Shown here: positions 12,684 to 27,600 of the stretch, in pieces | Layout: each line of letters opens with the position of its first letter | Position numbering within the stretch: position 1 is the first letter of the stretch | Source: Paraspadella gotoi | Taxonomy: Eukaryota > Animalia > Chaetognatha | Direction of reading: 5' to 3' | Length of the DNA: 64,000 nucleotides | Assembly (NCBI GenBank): GCA_051294375.1 | Contig: CM119271.1 | Span: 16,126,770-16,190,769 of the forward strand | Translations under genes and position numbers: made by a program | Notes under the pieces: model-generated | Told to the model about the DNA's origin: nothing | Seen by the model: the letters and a program-made list of their open reading frames with translations, nothing else | The model's database searches: none

Positions 12684-15600
12684 AGACGGACGGAGAGAGG
12701 AGAGGACAGGAGGATGAGACATTATAGGAGAGGACGAGAGGAGAGGACAGGAGGATGAAACTTTAAAAGGAGAGGATGACCAGACTCGTATTGCGAAAAG
12801 GTTAAAAATAATGAAGAAAGGTGAGGAGGAGGAGTAGCGGCCTTTTTAAAATAGATTAGAGAATGAAGGAGGACGAGAGAATGACGACGCCCTTGGAAAA
12901 GATTCCCCATTTTCAATTCTAGATTTCGAGTTTTAAATTGAATTTCAATGTCAGATTGAAAATCAGGATTTACAACTCGAGTTGATTGAAACAAACAGGA
13001 ATGGATGTTGGTTTTTTGAGCAGAAAAATTGAGATTGACCTCAATCATCGTCGAAAAAAAAGACTGCGCAATTATACAACATGCAATTTATACATAGATT
13101 TTCACGCGCGTTGTAACGTCATTTTTTATAGTTAACGCTTTGCGATTAAAGCTTAATAATTTTATACCAGTTCCGACTCGTTATTTGGCTAATATTTGAA
13201 TATTGTATAATATGAATTATATTTATAAAGCTATTTTGTTTTAAATATTTGTGGAATGGCAATTTGTGGGTTTTTTTTGCTAGAATTCCCAAAGCTTTTT
13301 ACTGTAATCGAATTTTCAATGGAATTTAGCGCCTTGAATGATTTAGACATTTTTTTTTTTAATAAAAAGAGATTAAAATTAAATTGTGAGAAATCTACTC
13401 ATCTCTGCTCCCGACTTCCTTTTTACTCTGCCAGTCATAGATTTGGTTCCTATTAATTGTTATTTCCTTTTAATAAAAGTCTGTTTAAAAAAAGTATCTC
13501 GTTGAAATCGTTAGACACAACCTAATTTCCTTGCACTTTATACTTTTTTCCTGTTACAAGATTTACGGTTTTTTGAATTGAAGTGCCTACGATAAGTATT
13601 ACCGCCGCCGCCGCCGCCGCTGCCCCGGCGTCGCTGCTTTTTTCGCTCTGCCTTTCCTCCGCTCTTTTACGCTCGTTTCTGCTTACAACGAACTACATTT
13701 TTAAATAAAAACCAAATCCGTTTTTAAGCCGCAAATCCGATTTCAATTGTATTTTTTTGTTCGAATTTAAGACAAACGACGACTAATCCACTTCAAATGA
13801 CAAAACCTGTATTTTTATTTTTAACGTCGAAAACGTTTTATTCCTTAATTTACATTAAAAAGGTTTTTTTAATCTGAAATGTGCTGCAAATCGAGCTCAG
13901 CTTATAAATTTACTCTATTTAATTAATCATTTATTCTTATTACGTCGATGGTAGGATATAAAATCGTCGATGTTAGGTTTAATAATACTCATGATCGATA
14001 TATATATATATACCAAAAATAAAATCCTCAATCCAGATTCCATCTTTTTCTTTTAGATGATTTAGTTTTGTTTTTAAAATTTGGGGACTTAATAACAATT
14101 TTTTTTAGCTTTATTTACAGTAGCGATTAGTATTTTCAATATATACATTACAGTATGTCTTCCTTGGTAGCCGTTTCTTTACCATAGACAGTATCTTCTA
14201 CATATTTTGTGTTTTAATTCTGCGAAAGTGCCATCACGAACTAATCCAATCATTATATGTTTCTTTTTATACTGAATTATTGTTTTAATCTCCGCGTTTA
14301 ATTTTACAGAGATTAACTTTGAGCAGTACTGCGTTTTTGATTTATGCAAATCTCCCCCGAATGTTTCATCGACTTTTGCGCTTTGGATTTATTTCCGTCA
14401 GAGATCTTTTGAGGTCTGAGTCACCGCATAGGGTTTTTTTTTATCCTCTGCCGGAAACCCTTCTTGCCTCTTGGCCCCCAGGGCTCGAGAGACCCGCGCC
14501 CCCTCCTCTTCCCCTTTCTCCTCGATTTGCTTCATCCACTCGAGTTTTTTTCTTTTCTCTGGTCGATGACTCTCTTCTCCCCCCCCCCCTCCCCCCTCCC
14601 CTCTCCGCCTTTTCCTCTGCCAAAGATTTACGACTTACTACGCCCGACACCGGGAATTTTCTTTTATCGCGCATGTTATAAATAATTTTTTTACCATTTT
14701 GATATTATCCCGGATTATTATATTCTTTTTAACCCGTCGCTTTTCGTTAGGCACCAGTTTTAACGATTTGGAATATTATTAATGTCCTCTTTAACTTTAT
14801 CCGGTAGTCCAATAAGGGTGTATTTACAGAAAGCCTTAGTATTTTTCTACAAATAATCCAAAAGTCTTGAATAAATCGCTTTTGATACCTAATTATAAAA
14901 GAATGTGTTCGAGATAAAATGCTTATTTTGCCCTTGAATATTCAACAAAATGACACGTCCCGAGGTTAAATAAACCAAATTACAATTATAAACCGGAAAA
15001 AAAAGAAAGGCAAGACTTGGGTCTAGAAATATGCAGATGAGTTTTTTCTTCTCTAGTTTTTCCGTTACATTTTCTCTTTCACGCATAACTCATTAGTTAA
15101 CGAAGAATTTCTTTTTAAGGCTGAAGTTCAGTCGCGTCCTTACAATTCTTGAAATGAAAAACAAACGAAAACTTGAGAAAGTTAAAAGAAACTAATGTTT
15201 TAAATACATGAACAATTTAAAGTAAGTTGGTCTATTGAGACACGAGCGATGTGCATTTTATCTCGTTCTAACCATTTTTTTTTCTTAACGGGCCATTTAC
15301 CAATAGTCGTAGTCTACCATTCACGCTACTTTGTGATCCTTAACCTTTTTTAATGGCCTCTCCACTCTCCAGTTACGGAAAAGTTGACAAATCCTTTTTT
15401 TTTTCTTTTTCAGTTCTTATTAATGAAAAGGAAAAAAATTATTTCAGTTTTGGATTAAAATTTCCCCAAAATTCGCGCCTTCGATTTCGGGCAACGAATT
15501 TCTGTTGGACTCATTGACTCGATAAAAATCGGGAATCGCTCTTCAGCATTAAACCGGATCGAGACTGGATTCGTCTCTCCTCCAAAAAACCGGAGAGAGA

Positions 15601-16352
15601 GAGTGAGAGAGAGAGAGAGAGAGAACGACACAGAGACAGAGACCGTAGTGTCAATAGCCTATGATTCTCCGTCTTCAATTCCGGATTTTTCCTCGTGCCT
15701 TCAATTTTTCTTTTTCGAAAATTGGTCTTCCTTCGCCTCCTCCCTCGTCCGCCTTTGCCCGGCTTTGCCCGCCTTAGCATCATCGCCTTCGCCCGTCATT
15801 CTCCTCGCTTCTCCATCTCTCGATCGCCCTGTTTCCATCTCTCGATCGCTCCATCGACGTGAGATGTGAGGCGAGCGAGCGACGCCGAGTTTTCTTTCGC
15901 GCGGAGAGAAAAACTCTGCGATCGCCTCGCGCTTAGTTGCTCTCTATCGCGCTCGGGGGCCCTCTATCGCGCTTAGTTGCTCTCTATCGAGCCAAGTCGC
16001 TGTCTGTAGCCTTTGGTCGCTCTTTCTCGCCCTTTCTCGCTCTCAATCTCTTGAGGTCTCACTCTTTATCGCGCTCGCTCGCTCTCTGTTTCTCTTTTTA
16101 TTCATGGTCTCTCAAAGGTGTCGCGACCCTTGACTCACTATTCGCTCTTCACGCTCGACGTCTTTCTTCGTTTATCAAAACCTTTTCTCCTCAAAATCTT
16201 CCTTTTCTTCTCTTTTCTCTTTTCCCTTTTCTCTTTTCTCTCTTCTCTTTTTTCTCTTCTCTTTTTTCTTCTCTTCTCTTTTAAAAAGAATTTAAAGACC
16301 TCTAACGATCCCTAACACACACAACACTCTCCCCCACCCACAACCTTCCATC

Positions 16353-19300
16353 ATGGCCTTTTTCAAACTTTTCTCGACTCGATCCAAGCGCGGGAAAGAC
16401 TACGACGCCACGCTGGACAAGAAGAACTTTCTCGAGTGTCGAGTCATCATGCTCGATGACTCGGACGTCACTTGCTTCATCCCCAAGAAGTCCTTGGGTC
16501 AGGAGTTGATCAACCGCGCCAATGCCAACTTGGATATTATCGAGAAGGATTACTTTGGTCTCCAATACACGGACAGCGGGAACGTCCCTCATTGGCTGGA
16601 TCCCACGAAGACGGTCAAGAAGCAGGTGAGGCGTTTGGGGGAATCTGTGGGAAGTTTGGAATTATAACCCTTAATGGCAACGGTGGGAATCGGCCTATGA
16701 GGGGCATTCTTGTTAAGAGCTTCCCTTGATAACCGCATCCTGTTTAAACATTCGCTTTAAAATTTAAAATTGATTTCGTTACCGGCATTACTGGGGATTG
16801 AACCCGGGATGCGCGGTTGAGACGAAATAACTCGACTGTTGTCGATAAACGAATTTATCAAGTTGTTAGGATATCCGCTTTTGATTTATTTATATTGTCA
16901 TACATCTTCCCTTTAGGTGAAGATCGGTCCGCCCTACACTTTCCGATATCGCGTCAAATTCTATTCGTCGGAACCGAATAATCTTCGTGAAGAACTCACT
17001 CGCTATCAGTTCTTCCTGCAACTCAAACAGGTGATTGATTGCCGGGGATTGATTGCTTGATTGATTATATGATTGCGATTGATTGTCGGGATTAATTGCT
17101 TGATCGATTGAATGATTGCATCGATCCAGGATATTCTCTCGGGGAAACTGACGGCCGACTACGAGACGGCGGTGGAACTCTCCGCCTTGAGCCTTCAGAG
17201 CGAGTTGGGAAATTTTGGAAAGGACACCATGGAGGTGAGAAGGCCCGGGGTTTGGAAGGAGAGGGGGTTAGGAAGGGGGGGGGTGATTTCAGAGCAGACC
17301 TTATCGATTCTCCTTTTTCTCTTTTTTTAATGAGAAAAAAATATTATAATTTTAGCAGCTGGAAACCACTTCATCAATGATAATCGATTTTTCTAGTATT
17401 GAAAGTGGTTTATAAAATTTAACTGTATTTAAAATTAGCATTTTGAAGAATGAATTTAAGTTAATGTGTAATTGCATATAAAGGATATGGTATGATAGAA
17501 AACTTTCTCTTTTGACATGGGACGGTTTTGAATTTTGTGATTTCGTCGTGAAAGGGGGAAACGCGGATCGAAGCTCGGGCATTAAATTTGGTTTGTTTGG
17601 TAGTAGCAGTATACTCCTCCAATCCCATTCAAATTTCTTGAGAGTAATCAACGCCCCCTTTTTTCCTTGGCCAGGTTGACGAGGGCGTCGTCTCCGAGTA
17701 TCGCTTCGTCCCCGAGCAGACGGAAGAGATGGAGATTGACATTCTCCGCACTTACAAGACTCTCCCCAAACGGACGCCGGCTCAAGCCGAGCTCTCCTTC
17801 CTCAATAAAGCCAAGTGGCTCGAGCAGTACGGCGTCGACACTCACCGAGTCTTCGGCCGGGACGGGCAAAGCTACAGCCTCGGTCTCACCCCGACCGGAG
17901 TCCTCGTTTTCGAAGGCCTCACCAAGATTGGCCTCTTCTTTTGGCCCAAAATCACGAAACTGGATTTTAAGAAGAAAAAGCTGGTTCTCGTCGTCGTCGA
18001 AGATGACGAGAACGGAAGGCAACAGGAACACACCTTCGTCTTTAGGAATCAGGTAAGGGGCGAGAAGGTTTTAGAGGCGGCACGGGCGAAAAAGGCAATG
18101 AAAATGAGACAACTAATATAAATATTTTCTATTCGTTCAATGATTAATACTCTAAGAAAAAAGTATATCACGTAATTGTTGAAAAGTAATCTTGCTTCCT
18201 GAGTTTGGACAGTTTACGGTTAATTCCCGATCCCAAGTACATGGCTTCCCCGTCATTGAAATGGTATACAAAAAGCTTTATGAAATTAGTATAACCAATA
18301 TAAAAATTATCCATTCATAATAAATTAGACCTATCTTGCCCCTGACTTTGACAGGCTTTGGTGGTTTTAAGGCCTCCATCACTCTTACAAAATACTCATA
18401 GCAGGTCCCTGCAAGCTTTCAATCAGGACTCTCTCAGTCTCTTTTATTCATCCCTAGAGTACCTGGCTTCCTTATCAATGAAGTGGTATAATATTTCAAA
18501 GAATGTTTCAATTGTATGAAAAGTATTAGATCGGGGAATACTATATTGTACTCCGCCCGGCATGACCAGATTCGGTTCCTACCTTACTACCTGATAGAAT
18601 TTTATGAAACTTTACATATAGTTCTAATGACTAAAGGTATAAAAATATCGAGGCGAATTTTGACCGGAGTAAGAGGGCCCCGGGCAGGACCCCTGGGGGT
18701 TAAAAAAGGCTAAAAAATTATTTTTTTATTAATTACAATTTTTGGTAACTAGCATCATGTGTGATGTCTCAATCATTTAAAAAATGTTTTTTTGACAATA
18801 GTGAAGAGAGTAATTATTTGTGTTCCCAGAGGGATCGTGTGTGCCAAATTTTAACAAATTTGGTAGAGCAGTGTGGTCGGAACCGATATCATTTTATAAT
18901 AAGAAGCCTTCTGTAATATTCTAAAGAACGTTTGAATTTTATAGACAAACGATTCTCTTATAGTTATACTTATAGATTGGGAAATGCGTCCTTTTATTTC
19001 AAATTATCATCAAAATGCACGGAGCTGACAGTAATAAAATTGGTACAACCAATGTTCGTGTAATTTATTTACATACTTCCTCTTTCCTTCCTAAGGACGA
19101 ACGCGCGACAAAGCACCTTTGGAAATGCGCTGTGGAACATCACGCCTTCTTTCGTCTCATGGGTCCGTCGAAGGGGACGGGCAATCGACAAATGAGGCAA
19201 ATGTTTCGGATGGGATCCAGGTTCTACTTCTCGGGGAGAACAGAGTTTCAAACGGCAGCGCAGGTAAAGTTTCGCATTTCCTGACCAGAATGGGCTGGAG

Positions 19301-22300
19301 TTAATGTTAATAAAGTTTAGTTAGATATATGTGGCATAAACTAATTCCATCCTCCGACACTTCCACAGGCTCAAGCCCGCAAATCCGTTCAATTCGAACG
19401 CCGCCCGAGTCAACGATATTCAAGACGAATTTCTCACGACCGAAGAAAATTAGAAAAGCAACGTCAGGCGAAAGCCAAGGACGAGGCAGGATCCACCGCC
19501 GCCGACGCTTCAGGAAAAGCCGCCGCCGCTCAAGCCGACAGCAACGGCAACGCCGTAGCTGCGCAGCTGCACGGCGCCGCCGCCGCCGTCGAAGCCGAAT
19601 CCCGCGACACGGCGTCGCTATCGTCGTCCACCGACGCCACTCGTAGCGCCGCCGACCGACTCGACCTGCTCATCGCCGTTGGGGCGCCGGAATCTCCGGC
19701 GTCGCGAAAGAACGGCGCCCTCGCCGCCGCCTCCTCCAATCAGTCGGTGGAAAGCGGAAAGGCTGCTGTCAAGACTGACAACCGCGAGGCTGCGGCTGCG
19801 GCGGCGGCTGCGGCTTTAGATCGAAATCTCCTCGAAGATGAGGAACTGGCGCGGGCCAAGTTGAAAGGCCTCGACGACCCCTCCGGTCCAGTGAGGCCAA
19901 TTGATCCCCCACCGCTTCGTCCAATCGCCAACGCGGTCAGACCAAAGAAGATCGACGTCAACGTCATCGCCACCGGAAATATCCTCAACAACAACAGCGT
20001 TCAGAATAACCTCGTCCCCAAAAAAGTGGGCGGGGCCCCAACGATTCCGCCGGACATCATGAAGTCGAACAACTTGAAGAAGGCGGCCGAGATGGAGGCA
20101 GCGGCGGAGGACGAAAAGGTGGCGGGACACAAGGGAAAGGTGAGTTAAATAATGTAAAAAAGAAAAAGCGATACTAAGTGATTGCGATTATAAAATACAC
20201 AAACCTTACATAATTAAATAGAACGGTAAGAAATATATCAAAACAAAACAAAAATCCCAACCACCTCAACTATATCATACTAAAACAACCATATCACGAA
20301 GAGGAAGTTCAAAGCATGAAAGAAAAAAATGGGGAAAATAACTTTAATTTTATTCCATCTTGGAATTTAAGTATCCTTACTCAGTATGTGGAATTCTAAT
20401 TTAGAATCGCGTTTAGAGTATCGAATAGTTTTGCTTTTTTAACAATTGAATGCTCTATAATCCTTTCTACCATTAATTCCCATATAATAACTATCAATAA
20501 TAGATTAAAAAATAATAAGATATAACTTCAAAAGCAACGGTATAAAAGTATAAAATTCTTTCATTTAAAAAACGGCAACATGCAAATGAGATTAAAGAAA
20601 TTACTCTATCGCCGTGATGATCAGTAATCCTCCTCCTCCTCCACCTCCACCTCCTCCCCAGGGCCTCTTCATCGCCATCCCATCTCCGTCTCTCAAAACT
20701 AAAAACGGCGCCATCACCTCGTCTCCGGCCACGCCCACCATCAACGACCTCGAGTTCTACAAAAAGGGCGCCGCTCCGTCGCCCAACAACTTTCACTCGA
20801 CGCGGACGCCGTCGCCGGAAACGAAGCCGACGCCGAGGACGCCGGAACCAGTGGAGGATGAAGAGGAGGAGGAAGAAGAGGCTCGTCCACAAACGCCGCC
20901 TTTGGAGGATGACGAAGAGATCTTTCTGCTCGACGGACCGACGGGCGAATCATCGGCCGTTGCCCGTTCATCCGCCGCTCGTCCGTCCGCCGACCGAACG
21001 CCCGTCACGACTCCCTCTCCCCCGGCGCGTCGCTCCGTCTCATCGAGGGCTTCGACCGAGAAGCGTCCCCTCTCGCCGTCATCGCCGCCTCCGTTGCCTC
21101 CTCGCATTTCTTCGCAGCCCCGCACTCCGTCGCCGCCATTTCGGGGATCTCGATCCCCGCCGCCCGTCGGATCGCAGCCTCGATCCCCGTCCCCCGTCTT
21201 CGAGGCCGCGGAGTCTTCGACCTCGACCACGCCCACGACGGCACGACCCAGCGGGATCCCGCCCCCTGTCGTCGTTACGAGACCATCGAGGGGAACGTCC
21301 TCTTCGAGTTCGATCCGTGATGGAGACGCACCTGCAGCCGCCGCCGCTCTCCCCGCGCGCCCTTCGAAAATCCCGACACCGTCGCCGCCGTCGAAAGTCG
21401 TCACCGCCTCAGCAGCTGGCGGCTCTGAAGCGGCGGGAAAGAATTCGAAAATCCCCGTTTTGACGTCACCAACGACACAGAGGTTGGGTGGGAGACGCTG
21501 AGGTCGTTAGGTCGAGAGGACGTGAGGTTTCAATGTTGTTTCTTGTTTGTGCACAATAACATTTATTCCATTGAATCAATTAATGAGGTGTTTTTATTCA
21601 TATCAAGTAATGATACAGATTGATGCACAAATACAAAAAATAAAAGAAAACGAAGTTAGGTAATCAAAGCATTTTTTCCCAGTATGTACAACAAAACTTT
21701 ATTTGTTAATACGAGGTTGGCCAAAAATTTTGACCGTCTTTGATGAAAGATTGTATAAATGTCGGGGTAACCAAATTAATAAAATGAGTATATTAATTCA
21801 TTAATAGGGAGTCAAGGTGTTTTAAGGGTTTTAAGCATCGCCTGTTTATTAAATAAATAGATAAATGTTGTTACAATTCCATTTAGTTAAATCAATGTTT
21901 CCTCCTCCCACTAACAGCCCCAGCGCCACCGAAGAGGCGTCCCCATTGATCGAAACTTCCTTCGGATCGAGTCGCCCCGTCACTCGAACCATCTCCACCA
22001 CGAAGGCGGATCGAGGCGCCTCCGCCATTCTCATCACCAAAAAGTCCGCCGCCTCCTTGCCAGGTATTTTTAAATAATTCTATTTATAGTAATTATAACC
22101 TAATTATATAAATACTCGAATTTACAGTTCGAAACCATGAATTAATCTTAATCCCAAAACGAGATTGACGAATTTTACCGTAATTTAGCTTTTAATCAAT
22201 CGTCCTTTGCATTTGTATTATTTAACTAATATTATTACTATTAGGTCATTATAGCGCGTGGCAAGTGCCGGATGCGACGCCCAACGCCCATCCCGTGAAA

Positions 22301-22494
22301 TCCAGACGAAAGATTCAAATCTCTCGATCAAACGGCGCCAAGTCGCTCGTGCATCCTTCCGGTAAAAGAAATAAAGAAAATCACGTATCGCGTATCTATT
22401 CTTGTCATAATGACCACTATCTTTTTTTATTTTCACAGATTGCATTTCAGAGGAAGAGAATAGCAACAAAGTCCACCTGACTACGGAGTTATGA
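16353..22494 (+). CDS. yrt: FERM-domain protein Yurt / EPB41L5-EPB41L4B orthologue, ~10 exons
   Basis: FERM: [13 protein letters not shown]...[12 protein letters not shown]|[38 protein letters not shown]|DILSGKL; [20 protein letters not shown]...[41 protein letters not shown]; [16 protein letters not shown]; FERM-adjacent [28 protein letters not shown]. The last exon (22439-22494) ends KVHLTTEL*, the C-terminal PDZ-binding motif typical of EPB41L5/Yurt. Confidence 0.93.
16672..16830 (-). mobile_element. Highly decayed solo LTR of the TRIM family (antisense, first yurt intron)
   Basis: Reverse complement: ccgcgcatcccgggttcaatccccagtaatgccggt (cf. ccgtgcgtcccgggttcaatccctgggtatcccggt in LTR1) and terminus ccgttgccatta; the ribozyme segment is not recognisable. 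Confidence 0.6.
18180..18900 (+). repeat. Dispersed repeat family A, long copy (Helitron/Helentron-like non-autonomous element, tentative)
   Basis: Core aattagtataaccaatataaaaattatccattc...ctatcttgcccctgactttg..aggctttggtgg..aaggcctccatcactcttacaa...gtacctggcttccc.tatcaatgaagtgg..atcggggaatactatattgtactccg is repeated at 25284 and 32050; hairpin cggggaatac/gtactccg. Confidence 0.75.
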
Positions 22495-24606
22495 CCCCTC
22501 CCGCTTTTCCCCACCCTCCGCCCTTTCTCGCTCATTATTACTCCTCCCCTTTTCTCTACTCCCTTACTTAATAAGTAATACTTATTCTCCCTCTACCTCT
22601 CTCTCTCTCTATCTCTCCCCCTCTTCCTTTCTTCATTCGAATCCCAAATCCCAAATCAAGTTTTCAATTAGAACCTTTTTTTTCCCGTTCTCCTCTTAAA
22701 CATTATCTTTACGCGAATCTTCTCTTTGCGATTAACAATTTTTGTTGAGCTATTTTTAATCGGCGCTTAATTTTACCACTACCTTTATTTTTAGCTTGAT
22801 CAATTTATTCTTTATCAAACCTTTCTAATCCTACGAATTTATCCATTTTTCGCTTGGGAACATCGCAGGGAACCGCCTTAACTGATTTACATATCAAATT
22901 CGTTTTTCATGTGTCGTTAACTTCGGCCACATTGTCCGTCCTTAATATAGTAACACTTTAATCGTTACTTCGATAGTTAACCTTAAGCACTGACTATCAA
23001 TTTTTTTTTTTCAGTGTGCCTTAATTGTTTTTTCTCCTTCATATATTTGTTTTGTACGCCACGTGGTTCGAATTTTTGAAATTTAAAGAAAAAAAGCTTG
23101 AAAAAGTTTATATACATAAATGCTTGTAAAAAGTTGAAGTTGCACTATTACTAAGTCATTTTGTTGCCTGTTAACTTTCAAGGTTTGTTTGTTTGTTTTT
23201 CTCAATTTTGACTCGTCAATCAGTGGGATGTGGTTTAAAAATGTAGCAAAGCTTTGTTAAGGTTTACACCCTAAAAATTTTAAATATTAGAAGGCAGATA
23301 TCTTGTATTGGTGGTTTTGTGAAATTGTCAAATTTTCAGAGAACTTCGATGTTCGATATATCGTTTACTGTTGGCAATTGACATGCAATAATATGTACCA
23401 CAATTTCACATTGATCGGATCAGTTAAACATCCGCTTTTAATCTTAACAAGTTTAGCCTTGATATATAAAATTGTTGTGATTAATTTTCATGGCGTGGTT
23501 ATTGTTGTTTTTATTGTATGGTCACTCTTTCATGAACTATTTTGCTCAAGAAATCGTTATCCCTAGCCATTTTTAACTGAGTAATTTGAAAGAAATTAAT
23601 ATTTTCGAAAAAAAATGGTAAGTACGTTGAATATTTATTCTATATTTGCTCACTCACTCGACATACAAAATACCGATATCCCGCGAAAAAAAATATGGAG
23701 GCAAAATTGAATTAGAATGAAATTTTTAACCTGGACTGAAGACTCGATACGCAACTGGAAAGATTTAACCCTCAACCTTTCAACTTGACTCTCAACTCTT
23801 CTGAACAAGAAAAAGAAAAAACGTCAAAGATAATTAGAATTTTTTGCTTGTATAGGTTTCAACCAAGCAAATTCCCTCCCCCCACTTTTATTGTTGTTCA
23901 ATGAAATTTTTAGTTTTCTCGTTCTTTTCACTAATCCACTTCTCCACATAAGGAAAATTAGAATTTAAAATGAATTGATTTCTGTGTCAAAAATAGAATC
24001 TCTTAAAAATTCGACTGATTAAAATTCGAAACGACCCGATTTGGTTTTAAGTTGAATCCTTCGTTTACCATAAAAAAGTGAAGATACATTTTGATTTCAA
24101 TGTGAAAAAATATTTTCAAAAATACTCGTTTTATTAAATTAACCTTAGTGTGGCACAATGATTTTGCTTCAGTAATATATATCATCCTAATTATGTGATT
24201 ATATTTTACTTGAACTTACAAATCGATGGGTGTACTTATTTTACTAAAATGAAACAAAACTCGCTTTTCGATCAGATCGTAATTTTTTTACTCAGCGCGA
24301 TCATATTTATGGCAAACTCGCTCTTTGTCTCTTTTCGCTTAGACAAAATTTTGAAGTACTGCTTGTACTCTATTCTTTTATTTTCATTCTCCTTCACTAT
24401 TATTATGTTAGAGCTTTAATTTAATTTGTATTTCTGGTCTTTTTAACCCTTAAGTTAAGACGAGATGCGAAATGATGGATTTAAGACAAAGAAATTAGAA
24501 ATTGAAAAAAGATGAGAAACAAAGAAAGAATACATAACGCGCCTCTGTATCTTCCCGGCGCCATAAGGGCAAATCGGCGCCGCCACCGACCCATGACGCC
24601 GCCGCA

Positions 24607-27600
24607 ATGAGCGCCGCTTCCGTGACTCTTCCTGTTCATTATTTGGAGTCGTCGCGTGAGGCGATACAAGCCTACGTTCGCGGCGGCGGCGGCGATGGCG
24701 GACGCGGGAGTCGCGCCTCAGACGCCTCTCGCCGAGCCGCTGCGTCGGGCGGACGCCGAAGCGGCGGAACAGGACGTTCTTCCGCGGGATCATACCGTAG
24801 CGGCGGAGGGTGAGTTGAAAATGTGAGCAAAAGAAAGAGAAAGAAATGTACTGAGACTAATCTTACCTCCTCAGATCCAGCGTGGGCTCTCAATCATTTC
24901 GCTCCGTCGCCGGGTCCGCGAAGGCGCCGCTCGTGGAGACTCTTTACAGGTTGTTTACCAAATACTAGATTCGCGCTCAATACTTGATACTTTAGCGGTA
25001 TTTAGTAAATACTTAATACTTTAGTAATAATAAGACAATGCTTAATACTTGTTGATTCCAAACAGCGGAAGTTTCTCCGGTCGGACCTCGCCCTCCAATC
25101 AAAGTCTTGCGTCGACGGGCAGCGTCGCTTCTCAACCCTCGTGGTTGACCAAGTCAAACGATTGGACCACAACGGGAAACAGTACGGACAGGTCAGTGCT
25201 TGCTGTTGCCTTTTTATTTTGATTTATACGATGAAGAAGATAATTTTAGGTAAACGCGTCCTAATAATATTTATATGTTATGAAATTGGTACAACCAATA
25301 TAAAAATTATCCATTCATTTAATAAACAAGCTATCTTGCCCCTGACTTTGGACAGGCTTTGGTGGTTTAAGGCCTCCATCACTCTTACAAGATAATGACA
25401 TAGCAGGTCCCTGAAAGCTTTCAATCAAGACCTTCTCACAGTCTCGTTTATGTACCTGGCTTCCATATCAATGAAGTGGTATAATGTTTCAAAGAATGTT
25501 TCAATTGTATGAAAAGACATATATATATATATTAATATTATTTCCTATAGTTATATAATATAAGAGAAGTAGTTCTATACTATATGATATAGTTAATAGA
25601 ATGTATTTTTTTTGTATCTTTGCTTGAGTTGGTCTAGCTTACAAAGGTTGCTTGCACCGAAATAGAAATACTGAGTTTTTGATTTAGTATTTCGTTAAAT
25701 TCAAATTTACTTTATGCTAATAAGATTTAAGTCAAAGTCGGAATCTTCGCAGATCATCCGTCTATTCCTTCGGCGATTTGGCCGAAGACGAATTCGATCG
25801 CGAATCCACTCGTCGCGTCCAACGTCTCTTCGACGCCGTCGACTCTTGGATGTTCGAGGACGCCTGCGCCTCCGCCTCCACTTCGCCTCCATCGGCTCCG
25901 CCTTCCGCCTCCAGTCAAAACGAGTGTCGCGATTGGTCCGTCAAGTTTCCCCATTTTCGTCTCCTCGGCTCTCAACTCCTTCCGCCCGGCGACGGCGTCG
26001 GCTTCCAATCTGTCGGTCCGCCGGCGACGTCGTCGGTCGGACCGAGTCGGCCTGCTACGGGGTCCGTTCTCATCGACGTTACCGACAACGAAGTAGCCGC
26101 CGTCGTGCAAGAGGTGAGGGGAGAAAAAATAGGTTCTACTTAAGACAATTTTTACATATGATATATTACTGATTATTTACACTTTATAAAACTGTTTACA
26201 AATAAACATAAACATTTGCCCATGTGAAATTAAAATATTAAACCTTTGTGGTATAAAGAATAAAAATTTACTAATACTTAATCGAAATACGACAATATGC
26301 AAATGAGATTAATGATTGTAATTTTTTCTCTCAGGGTTCTCCTTTCGCTCTTTGTTTAACGGGCAAGACCCTGCGTCCGCTGCTCGCGCCGACGTCGGGA
26401 GTAGACGAGTCGTCGATCTGTCTGTCTCATCTCGTGGAGGAGGTAAAGTGACGACTCAACCCTTTTTATAATTTTCTAATGTTTAGCTAATTACATTTAA
26501 AACATTACTATCCTCTAAATATCTCCAGGTTTTCGCTATCGATGGTCATTACGAAGAATATCTCGCCTTCGACTCTCGTCTCCACTCTTCCTCCTCCTCC
26601 TCTTCCCCCTCCTCTTCGCGTTTCCGTTCGACCCGATCGGGTCTCCCTCCAGTGACTCCTCACGGTTGCCTTCGCGATTCCATTCTCGCCGACGCCTTCG
26701 ACGTCTCTTGGTCCAGTTTCGTCTCTTGGTCGCATCGCCTCCTCCTTCGCTTCCACGAGTCGCTCCTCCGCGATCTTCTCTACGATCGCCGCAAATCGGC
26801 GCGCGGGTCGGGCGACGCCGGGATCGGAGGAGGAGGCGTCGCGGCGCCCTCCGTGAGCGTTGGCGTCGGTCGAAGGCGCGCCGATCGCGCCGGGAGAAAC
26901 GTCGCCGGTCAGGGTTCCGGCGGGTCGGCGGCGTTGGCTCCGGCGTCATTCATCGCCACCGTTTCCGGCGTCGGCGTCATCGGCGTCGGTCTCGATGCCC
27001 TCGTCCGGCCAAACTCGCGTCTCGGCGTCCTCGCCTCGCGCCACGCCTCCTTCTCGTCTTCCGCCGTCGACTCGGCGCTGGACGGCGTTCTCACCATTTC
27101 CAGCAAGGAACTACATCATCAGCACAAACAACAACAGCAGCATCATCATCCGCAGCAGCAGCAGCATCAACTCTCTGCGCAGCTGGAAAACGCCTTCGAC
27201 GCCACCAACGCCTTCAAGTCCTTCTCAGGGTCTCACGCTTCCGTCGAGGATCATCGCTTCCCGCGAGGAGATTCTCAGACGACCCTTCACTTCTCAGGAA
27301 ACAACAATAACAACAACGGCATTAATAACAACAACAACGGCTTCTCGCGCTCCACGACGGCCACTCCGTCTCCCTTAACTCTACGCGGTCAAACTTCCCT
27401 GGCGACGCTCGGTCTCGCGTCCAACGTCTCCGCTTCGTCCGGTTTCGTCTCTCGAACTCACGGTCACATCCGCAGCTTCGATCTGGCGCCGCCGATGACC
27501 GCCGGGTCGGCTGCGGCGCCGGTCACGGTGCTGAGGATGGGATCGGCCCGAGCCAGCGCCGCTGGGTCGAGGAGGAATCGTACGCTGCAGGTGAAGTAGG

